Below, in pieces: positions 44,382-59,954 of a DNA stretch of 64,000 nt (positions are counted from its first letter, which is position 1; every line of letters starts with the position of its first letter). Source of the stretch: the human T2T-CHM13v2.0 reference genome, Homo sapiens; assembly GCF_009914755.1 (NCBI RefSeq), contig NC_060927.1; one strand, given 5' to 3'. A program made the translations under genes and the position numbers. The notes below the pieces were generated by a model. The model was not told the origin of the DNA, did not search any database, and was given only the letters and a program-made list of their open reading frames with translations.

Positions 44382-44955
44382 TGCCAACCTAAAATCAAAA
44401 AAAAAAATCAAATTTAAAGAGAGATTATTTGAGCACAAAGTTTGAGGACAGCCCACCCAGAAACACCAACTCTTAAAGAATGGAATCAGCATCCCAAAGT
44501 AGGGAAGTTAAGGCTTCCTTTATATAGGCAAAGACAGGGGAGTTTTTAGCAGGATTACAACATTTTTTATACGAGGTTGGCACATAGTTGTAGCAATTTA
44601 ATTGGTGATTGGCACTGTTTCTTTTGAGGAAGGGTAATTTTAACAAATTTTAATAGAAGCTGTAATAGTCATGGGCTTTCTGTCATCTAGTCTAAGCAAG
44701 GAAGAACAACAAAGGGGAAATTAATCTATATGAAGGATCATTAATTAAGAAGGCAGGAGGTTTTTGTCCCTGACTTCGTTTAATTCTCTCTAGTCATTCT
44801 ATAGGACAACAAAAATGACAAAGTGACTTAATATGTAATCTGAGAAACAGAAATTATAACCATAAGTTATAATTTCTCAGATCACAGTCAAATCTCTCTC
44901 AAGGCTTAAGGTTTTGAGGGGTTCCAACATCTTTTAAATTCTATTTATTTTCACA
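44382..44955 (-). mobile_element. MER4-group ERV1 solo LTR (LTR36/LTR24-like)
   Basis: TG..CA ends, perfect TSD ATTT, reverse complement starts TGTGAAAATAAATAGAATTTAAAAGATGTTGGAACCCC. Confidence 0.65.
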
Positions 44956-45019
44956 ATTTCTAAGTGTCCTAGTCTGAGATGGGAAGATCCTTACCACATT
45001 AAAAATCTTCAAGTTTCCA

Positions 45020-45230
45020 GCCAATGTACTGAGTGCTTTGCATAAACAAATCCAATTAATCCTTCCTACACCCCATAAGACAGGTACCATTTTTACTTTA
45101 TTTTATCAATACGGAAACAAAGCACAGAAGTTAGGTAACTTGTTCAACTTAACACTGCTAGGAAGAAACAGAGTTGATATTTGAACCCACATAGTTTGAG
45201 ACTTGCATCCTCAAACACCCCACTAAACTG
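45020..45230 (-). mobile_element. MIR
   Basis: GTGCTTTGCATA...GGAAACAAAGCACAGAAGTTAGGTAACTTG...ATTTGAACCCA. Confidence 0.65.
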
Positions 45231-46018
45231 AACACATTCAGTTTTTCAATCATTATTCAGATTGTTATCATTAGAAGATATTAAAAAAGATCAAATTGGT
45301 TTTAAATGCAATTTTGGTAAGAGCCTCATTTAAATGAATGCTATTATATCATTTCAAAACAATAGTAAACATTTCATAGAACTTTTTATCCCAGTATAGC
45401 CACAGGGGTCAATTTCATAGCTTTCCTTTGTCAGTTAATGTCAGCATTACTCTTTTGTTGAACTTGAAGAACTAACTTCAAACTCTGCCACTATATTGTT
45501 AATCCTCCACCCCCAATTAAATATCCTTCTCATGACTATAGTTATATCACCTTGCCTTGCCTTATAGTGTATGATTTTATGATGATCATCAAATCCTGTT
45601 TATTAAGGGCCTCTCATTTTTGATATCCTAAAATAAATAGGGGAAACAGGCACAGTTCTTGTCTTTTTGAACCATGGATGCTTTGGTTTACTTAATTTTC
45701 ATTTTAATTTTATAAAGGACCATTCAACATGTATTAAAGCATAATGATTTTTTCCCTTAATTTGAGAACTCTTTGCAAAGATAGGGGGAGATATGCATTC
45801 TATTGGACTATGTGTTTGGATGTGGAACCCATGTATACGAAAGGCCAACTGTATTTTCTCTGTTTACTCTCAGGTAAAGAAACTCAGTAATAGAGGGATC
45901 AGATAACCTGTCCAGAATCAAATAACTAGAGAATTTAGAGCCAAGCTTCAGACACAGACAGTGTGACTCAAAAGTCCAAATTCTAAGCAATTTTTCTACA
46001 TTCTCTCTTAACTCTGTA

Positions 46019-46383
46019 TGTATTAGTCCATTTTCACACTGCTATAAGGATACTACCTGAGACTTGGTAATTTATAAATAAAAGAGGTTTCATTGACTCA
46101 CAGTTCTGCATGGTGAGGGAAGCCTCAGGAAACTTACCATCATGGTGGAAGGTCAAAGAGAAGCAAGCACCTTCTTCACGAGGAGGCAGGAGGAGAGAGA
46201 GAGCAACGAAGTGCCACACTTTAAAACCATCAGCTCTCGTGAGAACTCACTCGCTATCACAAGAACAGCAGGAGGGAAACCACCCATATGATCCAATCAA
46301 CTCCCACCAGGTACCTCCCTCAAAACATAGGAATTACAATGTGAGATGAGATTTGGGTGGGGACAAACAACCAAACCATATCA
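46019..46383 (-). mobile_element. THE1D-type MaLR solo LTR
   Basis: TGTATTAGTCCATTTTCACACTGCTATAAG...CCAAACCATATCA. Confidence 0.88.
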
Positions 46384-46735
46384 CCACACTTTACTTCTCT
46401 GTCTTCAAAAGAATAATCAGGCAGAAATACTTAAAGATTGCAGAATCAGAGAATATATCAAAAACAGTAGTAAGAAAATTGGATAGCAATCGAGGTACAC
46501 ATGGGGAAAAATATTGGATGTCTGGGAAATGTCGACTGCTGATCAGGGTGAAACAGGAAGTGATTGCAAGTTTTTGATGAGGGGTCACGTGCAAGAGAGA
46601 CTTTAAGTACAAGATAGTATGAGCAAGAGCACATGGTCTAAAGTACAAGAAATTGTGGTGTCACTAAAATATAATTATGTCTCCAGATGAGTGGTGGTAT
46701 TGAAGTTTTTCATCCAAACTTTCTTTCCAAGCAAC

Positions 46736-47153
46736 TGTTAAAGAAAACCAGAGTTGGATGTTAATTAAAGTAGTAAAAACAGGCTTTAGTTCCAATGGGG
46801 GAAAGATATCTCAGTATAGAGTTGGGCTCAATTCCAAATACAGCATGGATAAGTGGGAATCTACAGCCAAGGAACAAGGTGGGGGTCAGCGGATGAAACA
46901 CTACTAAGAAAAAACATTAGGGATAGGGGAAGATAATAGTTAAACAGACCTAACCTGATTCTTGCTGAAGGCAAGCCCCATTGATCAGATATCACCTGGC
47001 GGGTGGTGGGGGTATTCTCTCTAAATTGGCTTAGCAGGATTATTGCCAAAGCTGAATGATGCAAAGACAAACACAGAAGCCCAAAGGTTGAAGTCTAGTT
47101 GGAAGAGGGTTCAGAGGAGCCTCACCAATGTTTGATCAAGGAGAGGTTTGTTA
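46736..47153 (-). mobile_element. MER31 ERV1 LTR
   Basis: TGGGCTCAATTCCAAATACAGCATGG, GGGTTCAGAGGAGCC...TTTGATCAAGGAGAG. Confidence 0.72.
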
Positions 47154-47299
47154 CTATCTTGATTAAGAATCAAGTTTCTTAATTATCTTTTTTTCTAAAG
47201 CTGGATTATTGGTTTGCATTCATTTTTTTCTACTAGATTCTTAGTCGGCTTTCCATTTTTGTAGTGTCTTATAGAGACAAAGTTAGGAAAAATATGCTA

Positions 47300-47776
47300 T
47301 GTCAGGGCTCAGAAATGATATCCCAAAATATGGCGTCTTGGCATTTGAGAAAAAAGCAAAAGCAGGAAGGTCTTTCTGACTTTCCCCTCACCCTTCTTCC
47401 CTGAAGCAAAACTGTAAGATCTTCTCCTTCACTTCTTTCCTAAAGACCCTCATGTGACAGGTGTCCTACTCTATACCAAGAGGATAAAGTGTCACACAGG
47501 AGGCCAAGAACAATCTGAACAAATAGACCATGCTGAATTCCCGTCAGTTTATTACCATCAGATTATACCCTGGTGTTCTCCAATTACATTTTTGTATGAC
47601 TGGCCATAAAAAATATACTTTTCCCTGAGTCTTTTGGTCTTCGTTTCTGAAGGCTGTCATGTCATATAAATTTTAAGTTCATTTATATGCTTTTCATTTA
47701 TTCTGTTTCGTTATAGGTGTGTCCGCCATGAGTCTTGCATGGGGTAATGAAAAGACAGTACTTTTTCTCCCCTATA
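47300..47776 (+). mobile_element. MER34-family ERV1 LTR (5' LTR, followed by a PBS)
   Basis: TGTCAGGGCTCAGAAATGATATCCCAAAATATGGC...TTTCTCCCCTATA. Confidence 0.7.
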
Positions 47777-47781
47777 ATTTC

Positions 47782-47799
47782 TGGCACCCAACACGAGGC
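47782..47799 (+). other. Degenerate tRNA-Lys primer-binding site
   Basis: TGGCACCCAACACGAGGC vs Lys1,2 PBS TGGCGCCCAACGTGGGGC (14/18), 5 nt after the LTR end. Confidence 0.6.
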
Positions 47800-49679
47800 C
47801 CAAACCCACCACCCAGAGATGGAGTCTTATGCTCTATCACTGAGCTAGATTCACCTGCAGCATTTTCCCCTCTACAGCAGTTATATAAAAACACCTTTAA
47901 AAGTTTGCCAAAATATTTTATCCCATATCATACTTGGTGATATTAGAAAAATATGCTTGATATATAATAGCTTTCTTTACAAATGACAATATTTTACATA
48001 TAATACATATTTTACATATGCCATCAAAGATTTTAGCATTATACCAAATACATCTGAGCCCCTGTGTTAGAAATGAGAATTGAGGAGCTAATTTCCAATA
48101 CATTTCTTGGCATAGTTTTAACTATTTTTAAGTGAACTGAAATCATTTTGAAACCTAATCTCCTCACTCTCCAACACATTTATCTATGTAATCTTTTAAA
48201 ATTTCTGGTTTTAATGTGGATTTATAAAGTCCTGAGTATTACATAAAAACTAGTCTTTGACTAAAGTTGATGATCTTATACTCAGTACAAACATATCTTC
48301 AAACTCTTTGAGAGAAGATTCCTATTAGTGTAGCTGTCAACAACCTACAATAAAGTTGAATAGAAAGTACAATTATGTGATCAGTGCAAAAAAAAGCAAA
48401 GAAAAAGAAAAATTTGTACAGCATTATATATCTCTTCTAAAACGCACTTGATTAATAGAAGAAACATACTCAAATATTTCTCTAATTTGTAACAAAGAAG
48501 TTTACAACAACCATTCTTGTTCATTTAAAAATTAAATTCAAAAGAAGCAGAAAAAACCTGAAGAATAAAAATGACACAAGGGAAAGAAAATGGAAAAGTT
48601 ATTTATTAGGAAGATAATAATGGTTACCACTTTTATGGTGCTTTATGCCTGTGAATTTCAAAGCTCTTCATTAAATGTTAGCTCAAAGGACTTCACACAT
48701 GTTGTTTCACTTAGTCCTTTTCTGCTGGGACAATTAAAGACCACAAAGGCATAAAATGCAATAAAAGTCACCACTTCAGGGGGCAAAAACACAATGGGTA
48801 TATTCTGTGCCAGACCATATTCCCAATAAGCAGGATTAAATTGTGGAATATATACGCCAGGTTGGCTCTCCACAGGCATCACCTGGGCAGTGATGATCAC
48901 TCTAGTAAATCTGGGGCTGACGACGGGAAGAAACTCGATGAAGAAAAAAAAAAAGAAGTCACAGGCAAGTATTAAGGATAATAAATGAACGGGTCTGTTG
49001 GGGGCATTACTTCCTCTTGTACATCAATTAAATATGAAAGCAGTAGACCAACGTGGTTTGGAATGGCCCCTTTTGAATTCTTACTCTTTGTGAATACAGT
49101 TACAAAAGAGGACCTCTGAGGAAGAGTACTTCTCTTTGACTGAGATCATTAACTCCCAGCGCAGAGGCTAGGAGAAAAGAGGATTTAGATTTGGACTCCA
49201 AAGAGAATTTAAAAGTACATCCAATTTCCAACTCCCCCTAGGTGGTTTTCAGCAACGAAAAACTGTGGAGTTTTATAATGTCAGTAAGTATTAATAAGCT
49301 TAAATGTTCACTGAACTAAAAAAAGTGAAATATTAGGGCTCTACAGAGTAGGGCTTGGACAGTGCACTTGAAGCATATGCTCAAATCACTTTGAAAGTTT
49401 ACTGTCTGGTAAGGAAAACACAAAGCTAACAAACACATATCATGTGCTAATGAATATAATTTGGGAAAAGGTATAAGATATTCTATTGGCAGTAACATCT
49501 CTGGGACAGTTCTTAGATGGAATTTACACCTAAAAGCTTCAACAATTAATTCTTGTCAAAAACATCTTGGAACCTTGTAATTGGATATTTCTATAATCAG
49601 GTCCCATTTAACTCCTCCCTGAAGCTACACCACCTTCTATGCCCTTTATTCATGTATATACATGGAATCATCCCAGACT

Positions 49680-49858
49680 TTATTTATTCATTTATTACTT
49701 TTTCTGTTAATAAACAAGGTCTTGCTCTGTTACCCAGGCTGGTGTGTAGTGGTGTGATCACAGCTCACTGTAACCTCAAACTCCTGAGCTCAAGCGATCC
49801 TTCCCACTTCAGCCTCTCAAAGCACTGTGATTACAGGTGTGAGTCACCAATCCTGGCC
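49680..49858 (-). mobile_element. Alu monomer (FRAM-like)
   Basis: Single arm containing the right-arm segment GTTACAGTGAGCTGTGATCACACCAC. Confidence 0.8.
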
Positions 49859-50162
49859 TTTTTTTCATCAATGATAGTTATTTTTAAAAAATGTTTTTTA
49901 GTCTGTTGGAAGGATGTAATTACTTTATGCCACAACAATAAGTGGTAACCTCATTGTAAAGACAGTGGTTAAAGTTGGTTGCCATAGCCTCAAGTTTCCC
50001 AGCTGCTACCCTTATTTCCTCAATAGTCTATTCTTAGCCCAGCCCCCAGGGTGTCCTTTCTAATGTCCTATCACATACAGCCAGAGTCCCCCACTACAGG
50101 TCTTGAGGATGAAAGTGTCCAATTTCTGAATCCCACGACCTCGGTTTTTTTCCTTCTCTCCC

Positions 50163-50632
50163 AGCTCCTAACCCTCCCAAGGCCAAAGCCAAAGGCTTTG
50201 AAAGCCAAGAAGGCAGTACTGAAAGGCGTCCACAGCCACAAATTCAAGAAGATTCACACACCACTCACCTTCTGGGGTCCAAGACACTGAGGCTCTGGAG
50301 ACAGCCCAAATATCCTCGGAAGAGCACCCCCGGAAGAAACACCAGCCCTGGAGAAACATTCCCCTGACCACTGAGTTCATGGTGAAGAAGAGAGAAGACA
50401 ACAGCACACTTGTGTTCATTGTGGATGTCAAAACCAACAAACACAGGATCAAACTGGCTGTGAAGTTCTCTGACGTTGATGTGGCCAAGGTCAACACCAT
50501 GATATGTCATGGAGAGAAGACATATGTTCCACTGACTCCTGCTATGAGGCTTTGGATGTTGCCAACAAAATTGGAATCATCTCATACACCCAGCTGGCTA
50601 ATTCTAAATATATATCTTTTCACCATTAAAAA
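50163..50632 (+). pseudogene. RPL23A: Processed pseudogene of 60S ribosomal protein L23a, slightly 5'-truncated and frameshifted
   Basis: [60 protein letters not shown]; intronless; 3'UTR ...ATCTTTTCACCAT followed by an A remnant. Confidence 0.95.
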
Positions 50633-50644
50633 TATATATTTATA

Positions 50645-51246
50645 ATATCATGTCCTATTTCTCCTCAGCTCAAAACCCTTCAGTGGCACTCCATTTTATT
50701 GGTGTCAAAGCCAAAGTCCTTTCAATGGTCTACAAAACACTGTTTGGCCAGGCCACCAAATACCTTGCTAGTTTCTTCTAGTTCTATTCTCTCTCACTTG
50801 GCTCCAGTCACACTGACCTCCCCGCCATTCCTTCAGTGCATGGGAATATCCCACCTTCAGACCATTGCTCCAATTCTTCTCATTTTGGGAATGTTCTTTA
50901 CCCAGATAATAGCTTGACTAACTCCTTCTTTTATGTCTGACTTGGCTCAACAGTTTAATCTCAATGAGACTTACCCTGACCACCCTATTTCATAGTTCCA
51001 ACCTGGATTCCAGCATTCCTAATCCCCTTACTCTGCACGACTTCTTTTTTTTCCCATGGTACTCACCACCTCTAACTCATTAGATCATTTATTTAGTCCT
51101 TAAGTTGACTATTTATTATCTGCCTGCCCAGTATAATGTAAGATCCTCAAAGGCAGAAACTTGTCTCTTTTGTTCACAGCTCCTAGAACAGTGCCGGGGA
51201 CATAGGAATGCCTGGTAAATATTTGCTGAATGAATAAGTGAATGAA
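50645..51246 (+). mobile_element. L2 3' end
   Basis: CTCAAAACCCTTCAGTGGC, TGTAAGATCCTCAAAGGCAG, CCTAGAACAGTGCC, TGAATGAAT tail. Confidence 0.8.
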
Positions 51247-52894
51247 AATAACCTGAAATGAATATATCAGCATTTAAATCTTACTTCACCCTTTAATCAA
51301 AGGAGCACCAGCCACATCCTGTCTATTAAGTATCATTGGGATTGGTCACCTGATGATTTGAACTTTCTAGGTTTCCAGGTCTACATAACAATAAGCACTC
51401 ACAGGACATATTCATTGTAAATGGCTCTTTCAGCTTGGATTTGTGAGAGATAATCACGTTGTAGGATTCATTGTCTCTAGGGAAAAAAAAGCCATTGAAT
51501 TACATGATGATCCCTGCCTATTTGTCTATTTGTTGGGGTTGACATTTATATTTCTTTTATTTGTACTTTCTTGTGCTTAAGCTGTTATTTAAAACCAAAA
51601 ATAATAGGCTAAAACAAGCCATCAAAAAGCAAAGGCATATTGACTTAATTTGGTATGCCCATAAATCATAGTTCTGATGGTGATCTACTTAAAGGTTTAT
51701 TTTCAGTGGGGGGAGATTTTCTTTTAACAGGGAAATGGTCCATGTGCTGGTTATGTAATTTTAATTAGGCTATAATTATTCCTAATTTTTCTGTAAATCT
51801 GAAAATAAAAAGAAACATGAGGACAAGACTTCCTACTGGGGATCACTATTGGATTCTTTATTTGAAACTACTGATATTATGTGATCAGGCATGGGTTTAA
51901 TGGCTTGAGATAATAGGTAGGTCACCCACACACATGCTTTAGGTATCTGGGAAGCTATGAGCATAAAAATACATAAAGGTGCTGATGTTTATTATAAATC
52001 AGATAAATAATAAATCTTATAGAAGTACATAAATTATTGTTTTCTAATACACATACACAGATGTATGCTATTGTGTGTAATAAGACAAAATTTTTTTGAC
52101 ATTCAAAACCTAACCTTATAACTTGTAGCTCGCACTAAGGAGTGCCTCCCTCTCAGCATGGACAAATCCAAACTCGCACTCTTTACTATCAAAACTGTCC
52201 GCTGCTTTCTCAGGCTGTTAAGAGTTTTCAACAGAAAAACTAAACCTGATTATTCCTTAATTTTTTCCTCTTCTCATTTTGTAACAGTTAATTTCCCCTC
52301 AAATCTTTTGCAGCTTTCCCTTCTCTCTGTCTTGGTTCTGCTTCATAGCACTTGGTTTGTAAGACTTTCTCCCATATAGAATTCCTATCTCCAGCCTCTC
52401 CCCCATCAATCCAACCATCCCATTATCATGGAAGTTATCTTTCCAAAGCTAAAATCTGAGCATGTCCTACTCCATACTCTATACTCACTGGTGCAACATA
52501 CACTTATTTATTCTCGGAACCCAACTTATCTTTTCTCTCTTGCTCCCTCCATCTTCCTGTTTTCCCTTGTCACAGTATGCTATTCCCAGAATGGTTTGTG
52601 ATGTCTCTTGTCTGGGTGTTTGTGTGGGCTTTTCCTCTGTCCCAGAAAGCCTATCTCTCATTCATCTCCCAAGCATGCCTCAAATATCACTTCTTATCTT
52701 AAGCCAGCTTTATTCCAACTGCCACTGACAGGGTTTGCCTTCCTCCACTGTATTCCCATTCAGTGTGCGCTTCTCACCTTAGGTTTCACGTTTCTCTCCA
52801 TGTGTGTATAAGAATATATATACCAAACCTTGAAACTGCTTATTTATACACACACATAGATCTCTAGAGCTCTAGATCTGTATCCAATCTATCA

Positions 52895-53566
52895 GTATGT
52901 AATAGATCGTTATTCACAGATGTCGTATTTGCAAATTCACCTGTATTGAAATTCATTTGTAAACCCAAAATCAATGCTCGCTGCACTCTTTCCAGGCCAT
53001 TCCCAAAATGAGCAAAGAGGAGAAACATTTGAGTCACTCATACTGCACATTCCCAGCTGAGGTGGAATAAGGTAACACTCCACTTTCTTGTTTTGGGTCT
53101 CATACTGCGAACAAGTGTTTCTTTCCTGGTACATCTAGTGCTCCTTTTTTTTTTTTTTTTTTTACATTTTTGTGATTTTTCTTGGTGATTTAAGTGTTTA
53201 AAATGGCTCCCAAGCATAGTGCCGAAGTGCTGTCTAATGTTCCTAACCTTAAGAAGGCTATAATATATCGTACAGAGAAAACATATGTGTTAGGTAAGCT
53301 TCATTCAAGCATGAATTACAGCACCGATGGCAATACGTTAAATGTTAACATATATAAACGTTTAAATTCATACAAAAATATGTATTATATAATCTATCTT
53401 TAAGCAGAAACACAAATAAGGTTATATATTGATCAACTGATAAAAATGTTATAACTGGAGGCTCATAAGAACTTAATCTCATATTTTCCCTAGAGGCAAG
53501 GATCAGTATTTACTGTTTGCAGAGACTTTATAAATTATAACTAATGTGAATTACAAGAATCAACTG
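52895..53566 (-). mobile_element. MER82 TcMar-Tigger MITE
   Basis: TATTTGCAAATTCACCT, CCCAAGCATAGTGCCGAAGTGCTGTCTA, end GAATCAACTG|TA. Confidence 0.8.
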
Positions 53567-53579
53567 TATATATATGTAT

Positions 53580-53949
53580 ATGATCGTCCCTTAGCATTGG
53601 TCGGGGATTGGTTCCAGGATCCCTGCAAATACTAAAATCTGCAGATGCTCAAGTCCCTTATACAAACTGGCATAGTATTTGTATATAACCTATGCACATC
53701 CTCCCGAACACTTTATACAATCTCTAGATTACTTATAGTACCTAACACAATGTAGCTGTTGTGAAAATAGTTGCTATATTGTATTTTTATCATTTTTTGT
53801 TGTTGCATTGTTACTTTTTTATTATTGGTGTTGTTTTAGTTTTGTTTTTTTTTTGTTTGTTTGTTTGTTTGTTTTTTTGCCTGAATAGTTTTGGTCTGAA
53901 GTTGATTGAATCTGTGAATGTGGAACCCATGGATATGGAAAGCTGCCTG
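53580..53949 (+). mobile_element. MER2 TcMar-Tigger MITE
   Basis: GGGGATTGGTTCCAGGA...GATGCTCAAGTCCCTTATA...GGAACCCATGGATATGGA..CTG|TA. Confidence 0.88.
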
Positions 53950-54074
53950 TATATCCTTTGCAAGCAACTGGTCCTCACTCTTCTCTTTATTTCTAGAGTC
54001 CAGCAGGGTGCCTGACATGTAGCAGATATTCGATATATCTTTGAAAACAAAATAAACAAAGGAAAATGAGACAT

Positions 54075-54550
54075 GAAGACATTTTAGTTGCAAAGAAGAA
54101 ACTTGCCTTTATTGATTTAAGCAAGAATCAGGTTTACAAAAAGGCAATTGTCAGCTCAGAGGAGAGCTAGGAAGGCTCAAAATGGGGCAGGTAAAATAAG
54201 CAGGAGAAAATGAAGGATAATCAGCCAGAGACCAGCCAGAATCGTGCCCCAGAAACAGTGTGGTGGGGCTACCAGTGCTACAACCACTCAATATGGCACT
54301 CCACAGCTTATACCACTTTCATCACCAGAATGAAATGTGGCCATTCATATCTCCCTTCTGATGTCCCCCAGAAGTGGGATTTTTCACAATCCCTGCTCTT
54401 GTGTTTTATTATATCTAGATTTAAATTACCATATGGGTAAGGTTGATGGGTGAGCCTGGTCGCATGCCCATACCCTAGCTGGCTTTTTAATTTCCATAGT
54501 AAACAGAGGGCTGCCTTCTGCTAGAACCCATTCAGACATTTCCAAAATAT
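54075..54550 (-). mobile_element. Old MaLR LTR (MLT1N2-like)
   Basis: TTTTAGTTGCAAAG..., GAGCCTGGTCGCATGCCCATACCCTAGCTG. Confidence 0.4.
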
Positions 54551-54633
54551 CAGAAAGATATGGAGTGTTTCAGATGCTGGTCAATGAAAACAATAACGTG
54601 TAATGCAGGTTTTTTTTAATCTTTAAACACCCT

Positions 54634-55085
54634 TGCATTAGTCCTCCATCTCCAATAATGCAGAAAAATAAAAATCCTCCAGAATATAGTGGCTCCCAAC
54701 AATAGCAATTTAAGGCTCACTCCTGGTTCTGTGAATCAGCTGTGACTCACAGGGAGTTGCCTGGGGGTTTGGGTTCAGATCTGTTCCACGTGTCTCTCAT
54801 TCTGGCATCAGTGATTACCTAGGGCAAAATCTTCTCAAAACTGATAGCAGAAGTAAAAAGGCCAGTCAGAACCCTAGATGTGCTAAAGCCTCTGACTGCA
54901 TGAACATAGTCAGTAAAGTTCATTGGCTAAAGCAAATCACATACCAAGCCCAACATCTGCAGGCAGGACATATTATTCACCTACTCTGGTGGGAGGTGCT
55001 GCAAATTCACATGGCAAATGTCTTGGATGTTTAATTCTATCACAGGAAGGAAATAAATTGGGAATAACAAGCCTGTCTACTACTG
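54634..55085 (-). mobile_element. MLT1H/I-type MaLR LTR
   Basis: GTTCAGATCTGTTCCACGTGTCTCTCATTC, CATTGGCTAAAGCAAATCACAT. Confidence 0.65.
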
Positions 55086-55429
55086 TAGTAACGGAAGTGT
55101 TCTAATTTTGTCTAGAACAATTGGAACGCTGCTGTTGATATTGTCAATATTACTGAAATCATTTTGGTTTATAACATTGATGTACTAACATTCACTGTCC
55201 CAAGTGATCTTCCCTTTCTGTCCTAATTGTATTTAAAATATTTTTCATGACAACCTCCCTCCACCTAATACAACTCCTGTTTTCCAGTCTCTCTTGCTTG
55301 CTAAAAATCAAGTTGAATATTAAGGAAAAGGAAATTTTATACTTTGTAGTTTGAAGCATGACCTAATTTTCAATGCTTTTTCCAAAGGGCAAGCGAGGTA
55401 TATAGGGGACACAGCCATACAGGCTCTAA

Positions 55430-55612
55430 ATAGGGATTGCAACCAGGGCTCCACATTAGAATCATATAAGAATCACCCACGAGAGATTTGTTTAAATGCT
55501 TTTGCTGGAGGGCTACTCCGTATCAATTATATCAGACACTGAGGTAGGGTCCAAGTATTCTAACAACATCTCCAAGTGATTTGTAAGCACATTAAAGTTT
55601 GAAAAGCGCTGC
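55430..55612. mobile_element. MER5-family hAT MITE
   Basis: CACATTAGAATCA...CAAGTGATT...TAAAGTTTGAAAAGCGCTG with CTCTA-type target sites. Confidence 0.55.
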
Positions 55613-56979
55613 TCTACAGTAAAACGGTTGGAATTTTAAGCCTGATATAACCACATGTCGGTGGGTTCCAAGCCATGTTGTTTGACATTTTATTTCCTCA
55701 TTCGAGAAATTAGAATAATCAAATGTTTACCTTGCATACTTGTTCAATGATTGTGAAATGTAACAATAATGTAAAATATAGAATGAGAGGCATGTAACGA
55801 GTACAGGATAAAAAATAGTGCCTTACTAGTATTATTATCTCAACTTTGGCCTCTCCACGGCCTTAGGCAAATTAAGTTTCCTCCCCGGGGGAAATTTTAT
55901 CATGTAAAATGATGAATGAAAATTCTCTGATTTTCCTTTCTTTTCTAACATTCAGCGATTTCCTGGTATCCCCTAGAAGTTATTATTCCATTATTGTAGA
56001 AATAGGTTATTTCTTTGCATGTATGCTTTAACATAAGGATTAAAAATAATAGCAAAGAAAATGTATGACATCTCTTTTTCTTGAGATATCTTTTGTGATT
56101 TTTTTTTCTGCGTTGTGGAATCTATGTTTAGAGACATGCAATGTTTAAATGTGATTTGGACAGAAAGGCAAAAGGAAAAAAATAGTTTCTATGTGTTATT
56201 AGCCTGGGTTATCTAGAGAAATACAATGTATATACATATAAGTATATATGTATAAATCATAAGGAATTGGCTTGTGTGGTAATTATGGAAGCTGAGAAGA
56301 ACTATGATCTCCAGTTAGCAAGCTAAAGACCCAAGAAAGCCAGTGGTACACTTGCAGTGTGAGTCAGAAGGCCTGAGAATCAGGAGAGCCAATGGTGTAA
56401 GTTTCAGCCCCAGTTTGAGTCAAAACCTGGGAGAAGACCAATGTCCCAGTTCAAAGATAGGCAGAGAACGAATTCTTCCTTCCTCTGCTTCTTTGTTCTA
56501 TTCAGGCCTCTAATAAATTGGATGAATCCCACTCACAGAGGAAAGGAAATCTAATTTACTCAGTCTACAGATTCAAATGTTAACCTCCTCCAGAAACATC
56601 CTTACAGAAACACCAGGATAATATTTAACCAAATACAGTCATGCATTACTTAAGTATGGGACACATTCTGATAAATGCTTAATTAGGTGATTTTGTTGTT
56701 GTGTGGACATCATTGAGTGTATATACACAAACCTCGATGGTACAGTTTACTGCACACCTAGGCTATGTGGTGTAGAGACTGTTGCTGCTAGGCTACAAAC
56801 TTGTATAGCATTTGACTGTATTGAACACTGTCAGCAATTCTAACACAACGGTAAGTATTTGTATATCTGAACATATCTAAACATATAAAAGGTACAAGAA
56901 AAATACAGTATTATACTCTTATGACACCACAGTCATATATGCAGACCACCATCCTGGACTGAAATCCTTTACTGAAATG

Positions 56980-59335
<2,356 letters not shown>

Positions 59336-59954
59336 TGAAATGTTGATACCCCATGCAGGACTGCATCTGGACACACCGTAGACCAGTCAAGTTGAAACAT
59401 AAAATTAACCCTCACACTACGTGATATCATTAAATCAAACTTCCTCCCTCTTGAAGCTTCTCAGACTTCCAAACCTGTAGAGAAACATTTGCTAAGTTAA
59501 AGACATATGTTTTGCCTTATGTTGCAGTTTTCTTCAGTTTTTATCTGTTTCTGTACAGGTTGCTTATTATTGAAAATTTTTATCCACAAAGGTAGTTATT
59601 GGGTATCCAATCTTCATGCTGTATTTTAGTTCTCATTTTATGTTTGCCATCCTTCATGGTATCAACATGCAGTAGAATTACTAACATAAATTAGTAATGC
59701 ATCTTTACATGTTGTTAGTAATTATCTTATTTCTTACTATGATTACCATGTCATAAATAACATATTGAATATTGAAATACATACATTACAACTAGAACGT
59801 GATCTCCCAAGTGACGGAAAACTTGCCTCTCTTATCCTCCAAGCTTATAGCAAAGGACCTTGTCGATAGTAGCAGTTAATATCCTTAAATGAATAAATTT
59901 AATTTTTCCATCTCTATGACTAAGAGGCCATATGAAATTTACCAATATGAAAAT

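Noticed and set aside
46314-46326. PRDM9 hotspot motif in the THE1 LTR
   Set aside because: CCTCCCTCAAAAC does not match CCTCCCTNNCCAC; this is a THE1D-type copy.
48650-49300. Unique sequence with a few CpGs as a possible exon or enhancer
   Set aside because: No supporting motif arrangement or coding signal visible from the sequence alone.
50051-50645. Functional RPL23A retrogene
   Set aside because: Start codon missing, with frameshifts and an internal deletion.
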